From IMG/VR virus record IMGVR_UViG_3300045988_175963: a DNA stretch of 45,479 nucleotides; one strand, given 5' to 3'. Source of the DNA: a virus. Below are positions 1 through 9,167 of this stretch, piece by piece. Each line of letters opens with the position of its first letter. The first letter of the stretch is position 1. A model generated the notes under the pieces. That model was not told the DNA's origin and made no database searches. It saw only the letters and a program-made list of their open reading frames with translations. The position numbers and the translations under genes were made by a program.

Positions 1-76
1 CGACCATTTTGACCACGACCAAGGCAAATCCTCAGTGTTTACGGCACATCTGACGGCTTTTGGTCGGGATTACTGG
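1..76. repeat. Terminal direct repeat, left copy (circular-assembly overlap, DTR or att core)
   Basis: Matches 45404-45479 base for base over 76 nt. Confidence 0.95.
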
Positions 77-237
77 ATAGTATTGACTCCATTCCCTTCC
101 TATAACTTATTGATAATCAATATGCGATATCTGATGCTTTTGACATTATATACCGATTTTTCGCTCCCTTATTTCATGTGCAAATTTCTGTATATTAGTC
201 AGTTGCTACAAGAAATAAGAGAGTGGAAAAGTCTTTT

Positions 238-633
238 TTATTGCTGTACGATGTTTTTTGTCAGAAGTTGTACTTGGTCCCGCAGCCATTTGATCTGCTC
301 AGCCTGTTGGTCGAGCATCGCCTTTTGATTGTTAATGACACCCATCAATACATCAGGGCTACTGTTGATGTTGACAGTTGAGTTGCTGATGTGATGCACA
401 TTCGTATTCTCTAACTTTTTATCATCATACTCTTCATTTGAGAGGAAGAAGTCCTCTATTGGAACCTCAAAATATTCCGATAACCTTTCAAGGTATCGAG
501 AGTCAATGTAAGTTCGACCCTTGAAGTAGCTCGTTGATATGTGTGAACTCTGACCGAAGACAAAAGCCACCATTTCACCGACTGTTTTTTTCTGCTCCTT
601 GAGCAGTCGATTCACTAAATCTCCGTTAAACAT
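238..633 (-). CDS. XRE-family HTH repressor (CI-like), C-terminal coiled coil
   Basis: N-terminal HTH (LLKEQKKTVGEMVAFVFGQSSHISTSYFKGRTYIDSRYLERLSEYFEVPIEDFF). Divergent from the early + operon and co-directional with the integrase across the circle junction. Confidence 0.75.
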   Translation of the reverse strand: MFNGDLVNRLLKEQKKTVGEMVAFVFGQSSHISTSYFKGRTYIDSRYLERLSEYFEVPIEDFFLSNEEYDDKKLENTNVHHISNSTVNINSSPDVLMGVINNQKAMLDQQAEQIKWLRDQVQLLTKNIVQQ

Positions 634-669
634 AAACTAATATCACTAAATAAAGGTTAAATAACACCG

Positions 670-677
670 CAAAAATA
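670..677 (-). promoter_or_regulatory. Bacteroidota -7 box TAttTTTG for the repressor transcript
   Basis: Reverse complement of caaaaata at 670-677, about 37 nt upstream of the minus-strand ATG at 633. Confidence 0.45.
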
Positions 678-719
678 GGATTTCTTTCCCAAAATTACGG
701 AGTTCTCGATAATTCTTCT

Positions 720-727
720 TATATTTG
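720..727 (+). promoter_or_regulatory. Bacteroidota -7 box TAtaTTTG, early rightward promoter
   Basis: tatatttg at 720-727, 30 nt upstream of the ATG at 757. Back to back with the minus-strand box. Confidence 0.5.
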
Positions 728-756
728 CCCACAAATTTAGTAATTAAAATTGAGAT

Positions 757-978
757 ATGCAAGAAAATGAAGTTAAAAATGGAGCATTAACTATTGAAGG
801 TTATTACGCGACTCTTTCCAAAAAAGAGAAGAGTCAGCTCATTCAGTTTCTCATGACTAAGTATGGTTTCTGCTACAATACTGTTCAGCAGAAGTTGACC
901 GGCAGGACCAAGTTCAATCCAAGAGATCTCTTGGTAGTACAAACAGTTATAAATCAAAGCTTATGGAAAAGCAAGTAG
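757..978 (+). CDS. Small early protein in the Cro/excisionase-like position
   Basis: First gene of the rightward operon, opposite the repressor. 73 aa. No motif recognised with certainty. Confidence 0.4.
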   Translation: MQENEVKNGALTIEGYYATLSKKEKSQLIQFLMTKYGFCYNTVQQKLTGRTKFNPRDLLVVQTVINQSLWKSK

Positions 979-1511
979 AATTTTTCGTGTCTCCACTTGG
1001 AGTAGTGTGTTATTATGGCCATGATGGCAAGGTGCTCAGCTACAATACAGAGCACCCGGATATCATTAACCACATGGCTGAGTTGATAAGTCGGCTTTAC
1101 CCGGAGGCGTATAAGCACCTGGCAGACTTATACGCCAAGAGTAAGCCAAACAAACTTTATTTCAAGTATCTAATTACAGATCGTTTTATCCGTTGCAACC
1201 TGGGTTCCAACGATACACTTTGTTTCGATGTTGATGGAACCATTCTGCACCTGGAGAAAGTCGATTGCCCTCTCAGGGGTATATGTCCTAGAGAGAACAT
1301 AGTCTGCCTCCCAAAGCTGAAGACTCCGTTCTTCCCTAAAGAGCTTGAGGTAGCGAAGTATTTTGCACAGGGTTATGTTGCTAGAGAGATAGCCCAGATT
1401 CTTGGCAAATCCAAGAATACTGTCTCTGCACAGCTTCGCAAAATGACCAAGCGTCTGGGGCTGCAGTCAACGAGAGACATCATCAAGGTAGTTCATCAGT
1501 TGAACCTATGA
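963..1511 (+). CDS. LuxR/GerE-type HTH transcriptional regulator
   Basis: C-terminal ELEVAKYFAQGYVAREIAQILGKSKNTVSAQLRKMTKRLGLQSTRDII matches the LuxR-C HTH pattern. Confidence 0.65.
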   Translation: MEKQVEFFVSPLGVVCYYGHDGKVLSYNTEHPDIINHMAELISRLYPEAYKHLADLYAKSKPNKLYFKYLITDRFIRCNLGSNDTLCFDVDGTILHLEKVDCPLRGICPRENIVCLPKLKTPFFPKELEVAKYFAQGYVAREIAQILGKSKNTVSAQLRKMTKRLGLQSTRDIIKVVHQLNL

Positions 1512-1613
1512 TTTGCCATCGATGCCGCTACAAGCGCAACTGCATCAATGGCTCCTGGTGCAGTTGCTTTAAGATTTATGTGGAGTATAAATTTATTGTT
1601 TTATGCATATTCT

Positions 1614-1841
1614 ATGAGCAGTAAAGAAATAAAAGCCAAAATTATATTATTAATCTCTAGATTCGCAACATTAGAGAATAAAGATTTTTATGTGCAGAAT
1701 GAGTATGGCATTTTAGCATACATGTGTATTAATGAAGTCATGGAGTATTGGTGGTTAGAAAATGGGCAATGTCTGCAGGTATCAAAATTGGATCCAATAT
1801 CCAAATCAGTCAGATTACCATGGTTTGATATAGAATTATGA
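1614..1841 (+). CDS. Hypothetical early protein
   Basis: Internal ATG (MSSKEIK...) after the hairpin at about 1527-1568. ATGA overlap with the next ORF. Confidence 0.35.
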   Translation: MSSKEIKAKIILLISRFATLENKDFYVQNEYGILAYMCINEVMEYWWLENGQCLQVSKLDPISKSVRLPWFDIEL

Positions 1842-2029
1842 AAAAGAAGAAGAAACAAGCCAAGACATTCGTAGAGTGTCACAATACATGTGCCCGCAGC
1901 AGTGGCAGAACCTGCAAGTTCTGGGGGTATTCACACCGCAAGCTGTACAGCGAATGTGACGGATATAAGAGGTATGTTCTATGGCCAACTCAAAATGTTC
2001 ATTTTATAAACCGAAGTTATGAGGAATAG
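1838..2029 (+). CDS. Hypothetical Cys-rich small protein
   Basis: 63-aa ORF, translationally coupled (ATGA) to the upstream ORF. Confidence 0.35.
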   Translation: MKKKKKQAKTFVECHNTCARSSGRTCKFWGYSHRKLYSECDGYKRYVLWPTQNVHFINRSYEE

Positions 2030-2198
2030 AATTAAGTTTTGGACAGACCGCGAGATTAGAGCGGCATTCGACAAGCGGGGGGGCAAATATAAGGGCATCC
2101 TCCAGCAGTTGATGATGGAGCGAGACTACGCCTATAAGCGTCAGATTCGCTACTTTGTCAATGAAGACATTGATAAGTTCATGCGCAGGTTATCTTAG
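2019..2198 (+). CDS. Hypothetical 59-aa protein (below the ORF-track cutoff)
   Basis: Hand translation: MRNRIKFWTDREIRAAFDKRGGKYKGILQQLMMERDYAYKRQIRYFVNEDIDKFMRRLS. Contains a G7 run at 2077-2083. Confidence 0.3.
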   Translation: MRNRIKFWTDREIRAAFDKRGGKYKGILQQLMMERDYAYKRQIRYFVNEDIDKFMRRLS

Positions 2199-2224
2199 TA
2201 CTTTCTTTTTCGGAAGTTCTAAGT

Positions 2225-2232
2225 TAATTTTG
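2225..2232 (+). promoter_or_regulatory. -7 box TAatTTTG upstream of the primase-helicase
   Basis: taattttg, 20 nt before the ATG at 2252. Confidence 0.45.
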
Positions 2233-2251
2233 CAGCACAAAATATAAAGAT

Positions 2252-5200
2252 ATGATTAAACAAGAGATAGTAGATCGCATTATTAGTGATGTCTCCATTC
2301 TGGATGTAGCCGAGGATGAAGGCATTAAATTCTCAGCGAAGAAAGGCAACCGCCATTGGGCTTGCTGTCCGTTCCACAATGAGAATACTGCATCATTCTA
2401 TGTGGATACAGGCACAAACTGCTGGCGGTGCTTTGGCTCATGCCGCTCCGGCGGCAACGTCATCAGCTTTTACCGCAAACTGAAGAATGGTCTCGAATTC
2501 CCAATAGCCTGCAAGGAACTCGCAAAGAAATATCTCAATGAGGAGATAGAGGACGAGTGGCGACCAAGCAAGGAGGAAGAGGAGAAGCAAAAGGAGCAGG
2601 AGTCCCTGCGCATAGCACTCAACTATGCGCAGAGCTACTTCACAGAATGTATGCAGAAGGTAAATCCCGCTGCTAACAAAGCACGGGAGGCAGTTTGCAA
2701 ACGATGGGGCAAGGATGCTATCGGCACCTTCGGCATCGGCTATGCACCAGTAGAAGGCTTCATAGCCTGGGCAAAGCAAAAAGGCTTGGACTTAGATATC
2801 CTGGAGCAAGTTGGCCTCATAGGTAATGGTGAGCGCGGCCAGTTCGCCATGCTCCGAGACCGCTACACCATACCTATCTATGACAAGATGAGCAGAGTCA
2901 TAGGTTTCACAGCAAGAACCATGTCCGATAATAAGGATATCTGCAAGTACCTCAACCTGAAGAACAGTCTCGTCTATCACAAGGACACTTCGGTTTTTGG
3001 TATCAATTTCGCACAGAAGGAGGCACGTCTGCGTGATAAGTTCTATCTCGTCGAGGGTGCTCCAGATGTGCTCAAGCTTCAGTCTATCGGCATTCTCAAT
3101 ACAGTGGCATCACTCGGCGGTTCATGGACCGAAAATCAGCTGAAGCAACTCTACCGCATCAGCAAGAGGGTGACATTCATCCCCGATGCTGACGAACTTA
3201 AACCAGGTAATGAATTTCCGGCAGGGACAGCTAATGTGTTTGCCAATGGTCGATCTGCTTTACAGGTCGGATTTACGGTAAATGTCCGGGAAATTCCGAC
3301 TGATTATCCGGCTCCCAAGAAGGAGGATCCGGACTCCTGGATTATTGACAAGGGACACTTCTCACAGATGCGAGAGGAGGAGTTCATCTTCTGGTACTGC
3401 CGCCGCAGATACTGGCCAACAGCAGAAGATATCGATGAGTTTACGACAGAGGATAGATTGCAAGCAATTGCAGATATCTGTGGACTGCTCATGTTAATCA
3501 AGGATGAAGACCTGAGAAGCAGCTATCTGACTAGTCTTATCTCTACCTACAAACACTCTCGAGAGTGGAAGGATACACTCAAGAGAGCCAAGGAGGCAGA
3601 ACTGAGCGAGAAGCAGGAGCGTGAGCGCAAGGGAGACATCAAGATGCTCCGTGAATTCGGATTCACCGAACATGATAATAGCTATTGGGGTACCAACAAG
3701 GAAGGAGACGAAATTCAATGGTCCAACTTCAAAATGAAGCCTCTCTTCCATATTCGTGATGATTTCAACCCGGTTCGCCTCTTCGAAATCAAGAATAACG
3801 GAGAGGAACCATCAAGACTCATCGAACTCAATATGGATGAGATCACATCGAGCAGTTCGCTTCGCAAGCGACTGTTTGGTATAGGAGATTATATCTGGAT
3901 GGCCAGAGATGAGCAGCTTATCAAGCTTCTAGGCTATCTCGGTAGAGTGACCGAGACAGCAGACCCTATCAAGCAGCTAGGTTGGCAGCGTGAAGGATTC
4001 TATGCATTCTGTAACGGAGCAAGCGAAGATGGTATCTGGATTCCAATAGATGATATGGGCATACTCAGATTGCAGGCTGGCAAGTACTATCTTCCGGCCA
4101 TGAGCAAGCTCAATAAGGACAGCCGGGAGTTATATGTCAGTGAGAAGAAGTTTCGGCATGAGAAGATGGTTGACAATCCGACAAGTCAGGCAGACTTCTT
4201 TACCAAGGTCGTACAGGTCTTTGGCGATAACGCCAAGGTGGGTCTGTGCTTCTACATCGCGACTCTCTTCCGTGACATAGTCATCGGCAAGAGTCGTTCC
4301 TTCCCGCTCCTCAATGCCTTTGGCCCGAAGGGATGCGGTAAGACAGAATTTGCTGCCACCCTCATGAACTTCTTCTACAAATACGAAACCAAATATGAGC
4401 CGCTCTCAATCACAAATGCGTCAATGCCAGCACTCTCTGACTATGTCGGAGGAGTTAGCGATGCCCTGGTACACATCGACGAGTACAAAAACTCCATCAC
4501 ACAGAATAAGGTGGAGTGGCTCAAGGACTTGTGGAACGGTATAGGTCGCACAAAGATGAACATGGACAAGGATAAAAAGCTCGTGCAGGCCAAGGTAGAC
4601 TCTGGCATCATCCTCACTGGCCAGGAGATGCCTACTGCAGATATCGCCCTCTTCAGCCGACTCATCTATCTCACTTTTGACAAGGGTGAGCATACACGTG
4701 AGGAGAAACAGAACTTCGAGGAGCTGGAGCGCATGCGCCAGATAGGTGCTACACACATCACCCTTCAGCTACTGAAGCATCGTGACCAGTTCCAGGGCTG
4801 CTTCGGTAATGCCTGGAAGCAAGCATCTGATGACCTGGAGGAGCGGTTGGAGGGTGAAAGCATCCTAGACCGTATAATGACGAACTGGAAGGTGCCGTTG
4901 GCTGCATATCTCGCCATCAGAGATTACATCGACTTTCCTTTCAGCTACAGTGACCTTTTGGGAGTAGTTGTTAAGGGAGTCAAGACGCAGAACAGCATGT
5001 GCAACACCACCGACGAGGTCGCTGGCTTCTGGAATATCATCAATGCTGCAGTACAGATGGGCGAGCTGAAGAAAGACCAGGACTTCAAGATTAAGACCTG
5101 CGGAACTCTGGCTACCAACAAACTCAAGATAGACAACTGGGCGATGCCAAAGAGCATCCTGATGATTCGCAAGGACATTACCATGGCGGTTTACCGCAAA

Positions 5201-5551
5201 CTGGGAAGGCAGATGGATGAAAACCTCCTTCCAAAGGAGTCGCTGTTGCATTACCTTCAGATAGGTGCTGACTTCTATGGTTCTACCAAAAACCCGGAGC
5301 GATTTATCAAGTTCACTCCGAGCGGTTTGCCGGAGACAGTAGAGAAGACAGATGCCAATGGTACAATCACTGGTCGTCAGAAGTTATATTATAAAGACAG
5401 GCCTCTCTGTTTTGACTATACCATGGTGTCAAACAGATATGGCATAGATCTTGACACAGAGGTAGATGGTGAGCAGAAACAGACTAAGGATACCTATGTC
5501 ATGACAGATGCTGAGCAGAAGGCTCTAGGTCTGGAACCTTCGCCACTATAG
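2252..5551 (+). CDS. Primase-helicase fusion (DnaG-type CHC2 zinc finger + Toprim + P-loop NTPase)
   Basis: Zinc finger CCPFHNENTASF...CWRCFGSC; Toprim-like YLVEGAPDV and FIPDADE; Walker A FGPKGCGKTEF; Walker B LVHIDEY. 1099 aa. Confidence 0.9.
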   Translation: MIKQEIVDRIISDVSILDVAEDEGIKFSAKKGNRHWACCPFHNENTASFYVDTGTNCWRCFGSCRSGGNVISFYRKLKNGLEFPIACKELAKKYLNEEIEDEWRPSKEEEEKQKEQESLRIALNYAQSYFTECMQKVNPAANKAREAVCKRWGKDAIGTFGIGYAPVEGFIAWAKQKGLDLDILEQVGLIGNGERGQFAMLRDRYTIPIYDKMSRVIGFTARTMSDNKDICKYLNLKNSLVYHKDTSVFGINFAQKEARLRDKFYLVEGAPDVLKLQSIGILNTVASLGGSWTENQLKQLYRISKRVTFIPDADELKPGNEFPAGTANVFANGRSALQVGFTVNVREIPTDYPAPKKEDPDSWIIDKGHFSQMREEEFIFWYCRRRYWPTAEDIDEFTTEDRLQAIADICGLLMLIKDEDLRSSYLTSLISTYKHSREWKDTLKRAKEAELSEKQERERKGDIKMLREFGFTEHDNSYWGTNKEGDEIQWSNFKMKPLFHIRDDFNPVRLFEIKNNGEEPSRLIELNMDEITSSSSLRKRLFGIGDYIWMARDEQLIKLLGYLGRVTETADPIKQLGWQREGFYAFCNGASEDGIWIPIDDMGILRLQAGKYYLPAMSKLNKDSRELYVSEKKFRHEKMVDNPTSQADFFTKVVQVFGDNAKVGLCFYIATLFRDIVIGKSRSFPLLNAFGPKGCGKTEFAATLMNFFYKYETKYEPLSITNASMPALSDYVGGVSDALVHIDEYKNSITQNKVEWLKDLWNGIGRTKMNMDKDKKLVQAKVDSGIILTGQEMPTADIALFSRLIYLTFDKGEHTREEKQNFEELERMRQIGATHITLQLLKHRDQFQGCFGNAWKQASDDLEERLEGESILDRIMTNWKVPLAAYLAIRDYIDFPFSYSDLLGVVVKGVKTQNSMCNTTDEVAGFWNIINAAVQMGELKKDQDFKIKTCGTLATNKLKIDNWAMPKSILMIRKDITMAVYRKLGRQMDENLLPKESLLHYLQIGADFYGSTKNPERFIKFTPSGLPETVEKTDANGTITGRQKLYYKDRPLCFDYTMVSNRYGIDLDTEVDGEQKQTKDTYVMTDAEQKALGLEPSPL

Positions 5552-5583
5552 TGGAAATAAGTTTTTTGTTTAGATCATATCGT

Positions 5584-5620
5584 AGCCTCCAGGGGAAGAG
5601 ATTCCTCTGGGGGCTTTTTT
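5584..5620 (+). terminator. Rho-independent terminator after the primase-helicase
   Basis: agcctccagggg / cctctgggggct stem (two G-T wobbles) followed by T5. Confidence 0.6.
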
Positions 5621-5669
5621 GTTGGTGTTCCGTGATTTTTCCGACAACTCACACGCGACTTAAAAACAA

Positions 5670-5880
5670 TGTGGCATTTGTGGCAATTAGTGCATCGTTG
5701 ATTATCAGAGAGTTAAGAAGTTGTGTGCTTGTGGCAATATTGTGGCAATTTGTGGCAACGAGAAGAGAAGTGTGGCAAAGGTTGTGGCAATGTGGCAATT
5801 CTATTATATATTTGTGTCAATAAGAAAAGACTTATAATATTAATAATCAAGCACTTAACATTTTTGCCACAATTGCCACA
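5670..5880. repeat. Putative replication origin: TGTGGCA(A) iterons flanking an AT-rich spacer
   Basis: Direct copies at 5670, 5679, 5730, 5741, 5751, 5771, 5783, 5791. Inverted copies (ttgccaca) at 5864-5871 and 5873-5880. AT-rich stretch at 5800-5860 between them. Lies directly downstream of the primase-helicase. Confidence 0.6.
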
Positions 5881-6003
5881 AATGAATTGCCCAAAAATGG
5901 GTTCCTTGATTTTTAATTGCAACTTTTTCCCTAAAAACAAGGATTTTTAGCGAAAAGCAGATAACTTTTCCTAGAAACGTAGGATTATATCGATTATTTT
6001 TCC

Positions 6004-6011
6004 TAATTTTG
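6004..6011 (+). promoter_or_regulatory. -7 box TAatTTTG
   Basis: 23 nt upstream of the ATG at 6034. Confidence 0.45.
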
Positions 6012-6033
6012 CGGTGTTTTTAAAAATCAAAAT

Positions 6034-6522
6034 ATGAGTAAATTCGTAGTTTATGTACAGGTAGAGCCATACTTGAAGCAATGGCTCACCCATTCTTTCG
6101 GCGATCCCGTGGAATTCCCGTCCTGCAGCAACGAGAATGCTGTTCTGCGCCGGTTCCTCGCGAAGCGCCCAGTCAATAACCAACCTGAGCAACCTGGAGA
6201 GCGAGATGTTGCAATTAGCATACCTTACTCCAAGTCTAAAAGCCCAGAGACTTACAACTTCCTTAACGGTCATGCAAAGCAGGCGCTCACAGAGAGCATC
6301 AACGACCTCTTCCGCATCAACATGTGGAGTGACCTTGGAGACCTCAATGACATGTCATGCAAGAAGATGTCTGCTTTCCGCTCCTGGTGTGAACAGCAGG
6401 GTATCGACATAGAGTATGCTGAGACAATCCGCATGAAGTGGTATCGCATGCGCAAGGCCTATCAGGAGAAGGGCATCAATCTTTTTAATCTTAAAAGATG
6501 CAAAAAAGACGATTTTTCATGA
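6034..6522 (+). CDS. Hypothetical protein (162 aa)
   Basis: Clean ORF with its own promoter box. No motif recognised. Confidence 0.5.
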   Translation: MSKFVVYVQVEPYLKQWLTHSFGDPVEFPSCSNENAVLRRFLAKRPVNNQPEQPGERDVAISIPYSKSKSPETYNFLNGHAKQALTESINDLFRINMWSDLGDLNDMSCKKMSAFRSWCEQQGIDIEYAETIRMKWYRMRKAYQEKGINLFNLKRCKKDDFS

Positions 6523-6560
6523 AAAAATCTCATCTACTCTAGCCCTGTTTTTGTTCAACA

Positions 6561-6600
6561 CCGAACAGGTGCGAACAGATGCGAACAGACGCGAAATTTT
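6561..6600 (+). repeat. Tandem 10-bp repeat (C/G)CGAACAGnn x3 plus a partial copy
   Basis: ccgaacaggt gcgaacagat gcgaacagac gcgaaatttt, exactly 10-bp phased. Confidence 0.8.
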
Positions 6601-7019
6601 CACAGCTTATGAAAAGACTTAGTTATATCTGCTGCGTGCAGCGCATTCCTGTCAGCAAGTTGCCTTTCGATACACTTCTAGGCAACCTCACTTTTGACAT
6701 TCCCGAGAGCTATGAATGGCCGGTCGTTAAGTGTCAGAAGCCTGCCAAACTGGAAATAACCGACAAAATAGAGGATGGTCAGCGGTTCTACACCCATAAA
6801 CTCACCTTCCGCACATGCCGCGAAGACCTGGACATGAAGGACAACTATGCCTATCTGGTCACCACCATCGAGGGCAAACGCTATCTCATTGGCAACAAGG
6901 AGCGGCCATATCCTATTATTAATATGTCTGATGTCCACCCTGATTCCCTTGGTACTTCTGCCATGATCGAATACACGGTTCTGTGGGGGAGCACAAGAAA
7001 AGCACCGTTGATAGCCTGA
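6579..7019 (+). CDS. Hypothetical protein (start may be the ATG at 6609)
   Basis: 146-aa ORF. The first codons overlap the tandem repeat. Confidence 0.4.
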   Translation: MRTDAKFSQLMKRLSYICCVQRIPVSKLPFDTLLGNLTFDIPESYEWPVVKCQKPAKLEITDKIEDGQRFYTHKLTFRTCREDLDMKDNYAYLVTTIEGKRYLIGNKERPYPIINMSDVHPDSLGTSAMIEYTVLWGSTRKAPLIA

Positions 7020-7036
7020 TTTACGTATTTTTCCGT

Positions 7037-7074
7037 TGGCAATTGCCATATTATCTTTGCATCAAAAAAGATAA
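7037..7074 (+). promoter_or_regulatory. Late promoter copy 1: TGGCAATTGCCA palindrome plus the conserved 26-bp block tattatctttgcatcaaaaaagataa
   Basis: The block at 7049-7074 is identical to 21751-21776. The -7 box TAtcTTTG at 7052-7059 sits inside the palindrome ttatcttt/aaagataa. Confidence 0.55.
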
Positions 7075-7078
7075 GCGC

Positions 7079-8152
7079 ATGAAATACGGAATGATGATAT
7101 GCGGTACCATCGGAGCCGGCTACGACTGGTGGTCGGGCACCTATGGTACACGTTCCAAGGATGTCAAGGCCTACCTTGACGCTCATCCGGACGAGGAGGT
7201 GGATATCGCCGTCTCCTCGCCGGGTGGTTATGTTGATGAAGGCTTGACCATCTATCAACTTATCAAGGACCATGGTCATGTCAACGTCCACATTATGGGC
7301 ATGACCGCTTCCATCGCTACAGTCTTGTGCATGGGAGCCAAGCATGTTGACATGTCAGTCGGCAGCACGATGCTCATTCACAATGCCTCCACGGGAGTTG
7401 CTGTCTGGGAGTCAGCTAACAAGCAGAAACTTGATGAACTCATCAAGCAGTGGCAGAAGCAGCGTGATGACCTCGACACCATAGACAAGGTGATCGCTTC
7501 CGTCTATGCCAAACGCTCAGGCAAGACCAGCGAAGAGATGCTGAAGCAGATGGGCAAGGAAAATTGGTTGAGTCCGGAGCAAGCTTTAGAGTTGGGCCTC
7601 GTAGATGAGATTAGAGACCTTGATGACGAAGACAAGAAGCGTCAGACCAATCTCTCCAAGCGCTTCACCAATGCTTTCTGCTCCAACTTGGGTTTGCCGC
7701 CATTGCCTGGAGCGACCGCTGATGAAGAGCCCTCTACATTTCTCGAGAAGGTTGCCGCCTCACTCAGAGATATGTTCAAGAATAATACACAAATTTCTAA
7801 CATGAAGAAAAAATTCCTCAATCTTCAGACCCTCCTCAATCGCAAGGAGGATTTTGAGGTTAGCGATGAGAAGATTACTCTCACCGATGCAGAGATGCAG
7901 AAAATCGAGGATGCTCTTGCCCAGAAACAGAAGGACTTGGATGACAAGTCCGCTGAGCTCGACAAAGCCAGCCAGGAGGTCAAGGACCTGAAGGCGAAGG
8001 TTGAGCAGAAGGACAAGGATATCCAGGACAAGGATAAGGAGATCAATGATCTCAAGGGCGCACCGGGTTCTGCTACCCATGATGACGTCAAACCGGAGGT
8101 TGACAACGTTGACTCTGGTGAAATCTACAATGCTTTGAAGCAGATATTCTAA
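7079..8152 (+). CDS. ClpP-like (S14) prohead protease fused to a coiled-coil scaffold-like C-terminus
   Basis: GMTASIATVLCMGA (Ser) and STMLIHNAS (His) ClpP-type motifs. C-terminal K/E/D-rich coiled coil. Immediately upstream of the capsid gene. Confidence 0.8.
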   Translation: MKYGMMICGTIGAGYDWWSGTYGTRSKDVKAYLDAHPDEEVDIAVSSPGGYVDEGLTIYQLIKDHGHVNVHIMGMTASIATVLCMGAKHVDMSVGSTMLIHNASTGVAVWESANKQKLDELIKQWQKQRDDLDTIDKVIASVYAKRSGKTSEEMLKQMGKENWLSPEQALELGLVDEIRDLDDEDKKRQTNLSKRFTNAFCSNLGLPPLPGATADEEPSTFLEKVAASLRDMFKNNTQISNMKKKFLNLQTLLNRKEDFEVSDEKITLTDAEMQKIEDALAQKQKDLDDKSAELDKASQEVKDLKAKVEQKDKDIQDKDKEINDLKGAPGSATHDDVKPEVDNVDSGEIYNALKQIF

Positions 8153-8153
8153 A

Positions 8154-9128
8154 ATGGCAGCTTTAGAAAATACAGTTGAAATTACTCCTGATGAACTGAA
8201 GACCAGCTTTGCGAAGTACCGCAAGGACATCATTGTGATGCCTGTGCGCGCTCTTGACGAGGCAGCAAAATTCATGAGCCGACGCGTGGGCGTTCGTGGC
8301 AAGGAGACTGTCGGAGAGCTCGCAGGCGACATGGAGCTCGGGCCATACTCTCTTACTCGCAAGGATGAGAATGGCGTTACCATCACAGGCCGTACCTTGG
8401 AGACATTCCTTGGTTCATGCGTCAAGCCTTTTGAACCAAATGCTGTTCGTGAGTCTATCTGGGGCTCCAACGTTTTCCAGGGTGATGCGCTCAAAAACCA
8501 GCCTATCACCAAACTGATTGGCATGTTCCTGGCAGGCAAGATTGGCGAGGCACTCTTCAAGAACCTCTTCACCATGAAGCGAAACCCAGCAGGCTCAGGT
8601 ACCGCAGACCTCGCTGATGGTTTCAAGACCATCTCCGATGCTGAAATAAAGTCCAATGCGATTGCTGTTGGGAAGGGCAACCTCTTCAATACAACCGCGA
8701 TGACTGGTGTCAACGCTGTCGATGCTGTCGAAGCATTCTATGATGCTGCCGATGCTAAACTGCAGGGCATCAATACCTATATGTTCATGAACAGCCATGA
8801 ACTCACGCTCTACCGCCGTTGTTATCGAGACAAGTACGGAAGTGTCAATTGGAACAACGAGTTCAACCACAACAAGATGGATGGTGCAAGCAACTGCACC
8901 CTCGTGGGTCTTGACAACGTTCCTGCGGGCTACAAGATCATCACTCCTGGCAGCAACATGCTCATCGGTTTGGCCACCGATGGCGACAAGGCAAACTTTG
9001 GTGTAGAGAGTTCTCTTGACTCTCACTTCCTGGTTGACTTCGTGGCAACCATGTACTTCGGTACTCAGTTCGAGACGATTTCCAAGGAGCGCATCCTCTT
9101 CGGTTACGACACTATCCCTTCAGAGTAG
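8154..9128 (+). CDS. Major capsid protein (inferred)
   Basis: 324 aa, directly downstream of the protease-scaffold. Called from position and size only. Confidence 0.6.
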   Translation: MAALENTVEITPDELKTSFAKYRKDIIVMPVRALDEAAKFMSRRVGVRGKETVGELAGDMELGPYSLTRKDENGVTITGRTLETFLGSCVKPFEPNAVRESIWGSNVFQGDALKNQPITKLIGMFLAGKIGEALFKNLFTMKRNPAGSGTADLADGFKTISDAEIKSNAIAVGKGNLFNTTAMTGVNAVDAVEAFYDAADAKLQGINTYMFMNSHELTLYRRCYRDKYGSVNWNNEFNHNKMDGASNCTLVGLDNVPAGYKIITPGSNMLIGLATDGDKANFGVESSLDSHFLVDFVATMYFGTQFETISKERILFGYDTIPSE

Positions 9129-9167
9129 GGGATAGCTGTCCATGGTTATACATTATATTATATATAT

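Noticed and set aside
1-76. The 76-bp terminal repeat as a tRNA 3' fragment (a classical att core)
   Set aside because: I see no T-arm/GTTCGAATC-like motif, acceptor stem or CCA context in the 76-mer. I recognised no tRNA gene anywhere in the window by eye, although no tRNA scan was run.
35-328. ORFs 35-328 (+) and 45256-45456 (+) in the junction region
   Set aside because: Both lie in AT-rich non-coding DNA or antisense to the integrase or repressor ends. One spans the artificial terminal repeat, and neither has supporting signals.
5551-5950. ORFs 5551-5823, 5723-5950 (+) and 5713-5940 (-) across the iteron region
   Set aside because: The translations are dominated by the repeated GTGGCAA iteron (WQ/CGN strings). 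The region is better explained as a non-coding origin.
7760-8713. 317-aa minus-strand ORF antisense to the protease-scaffold and capsid genes
   Set aside because: It is S/L/R/P-rich and low in complexity, with no promoter box. It lies entirely within two well-supported + strand genes, which is the usual pattern for a shadow ORF.
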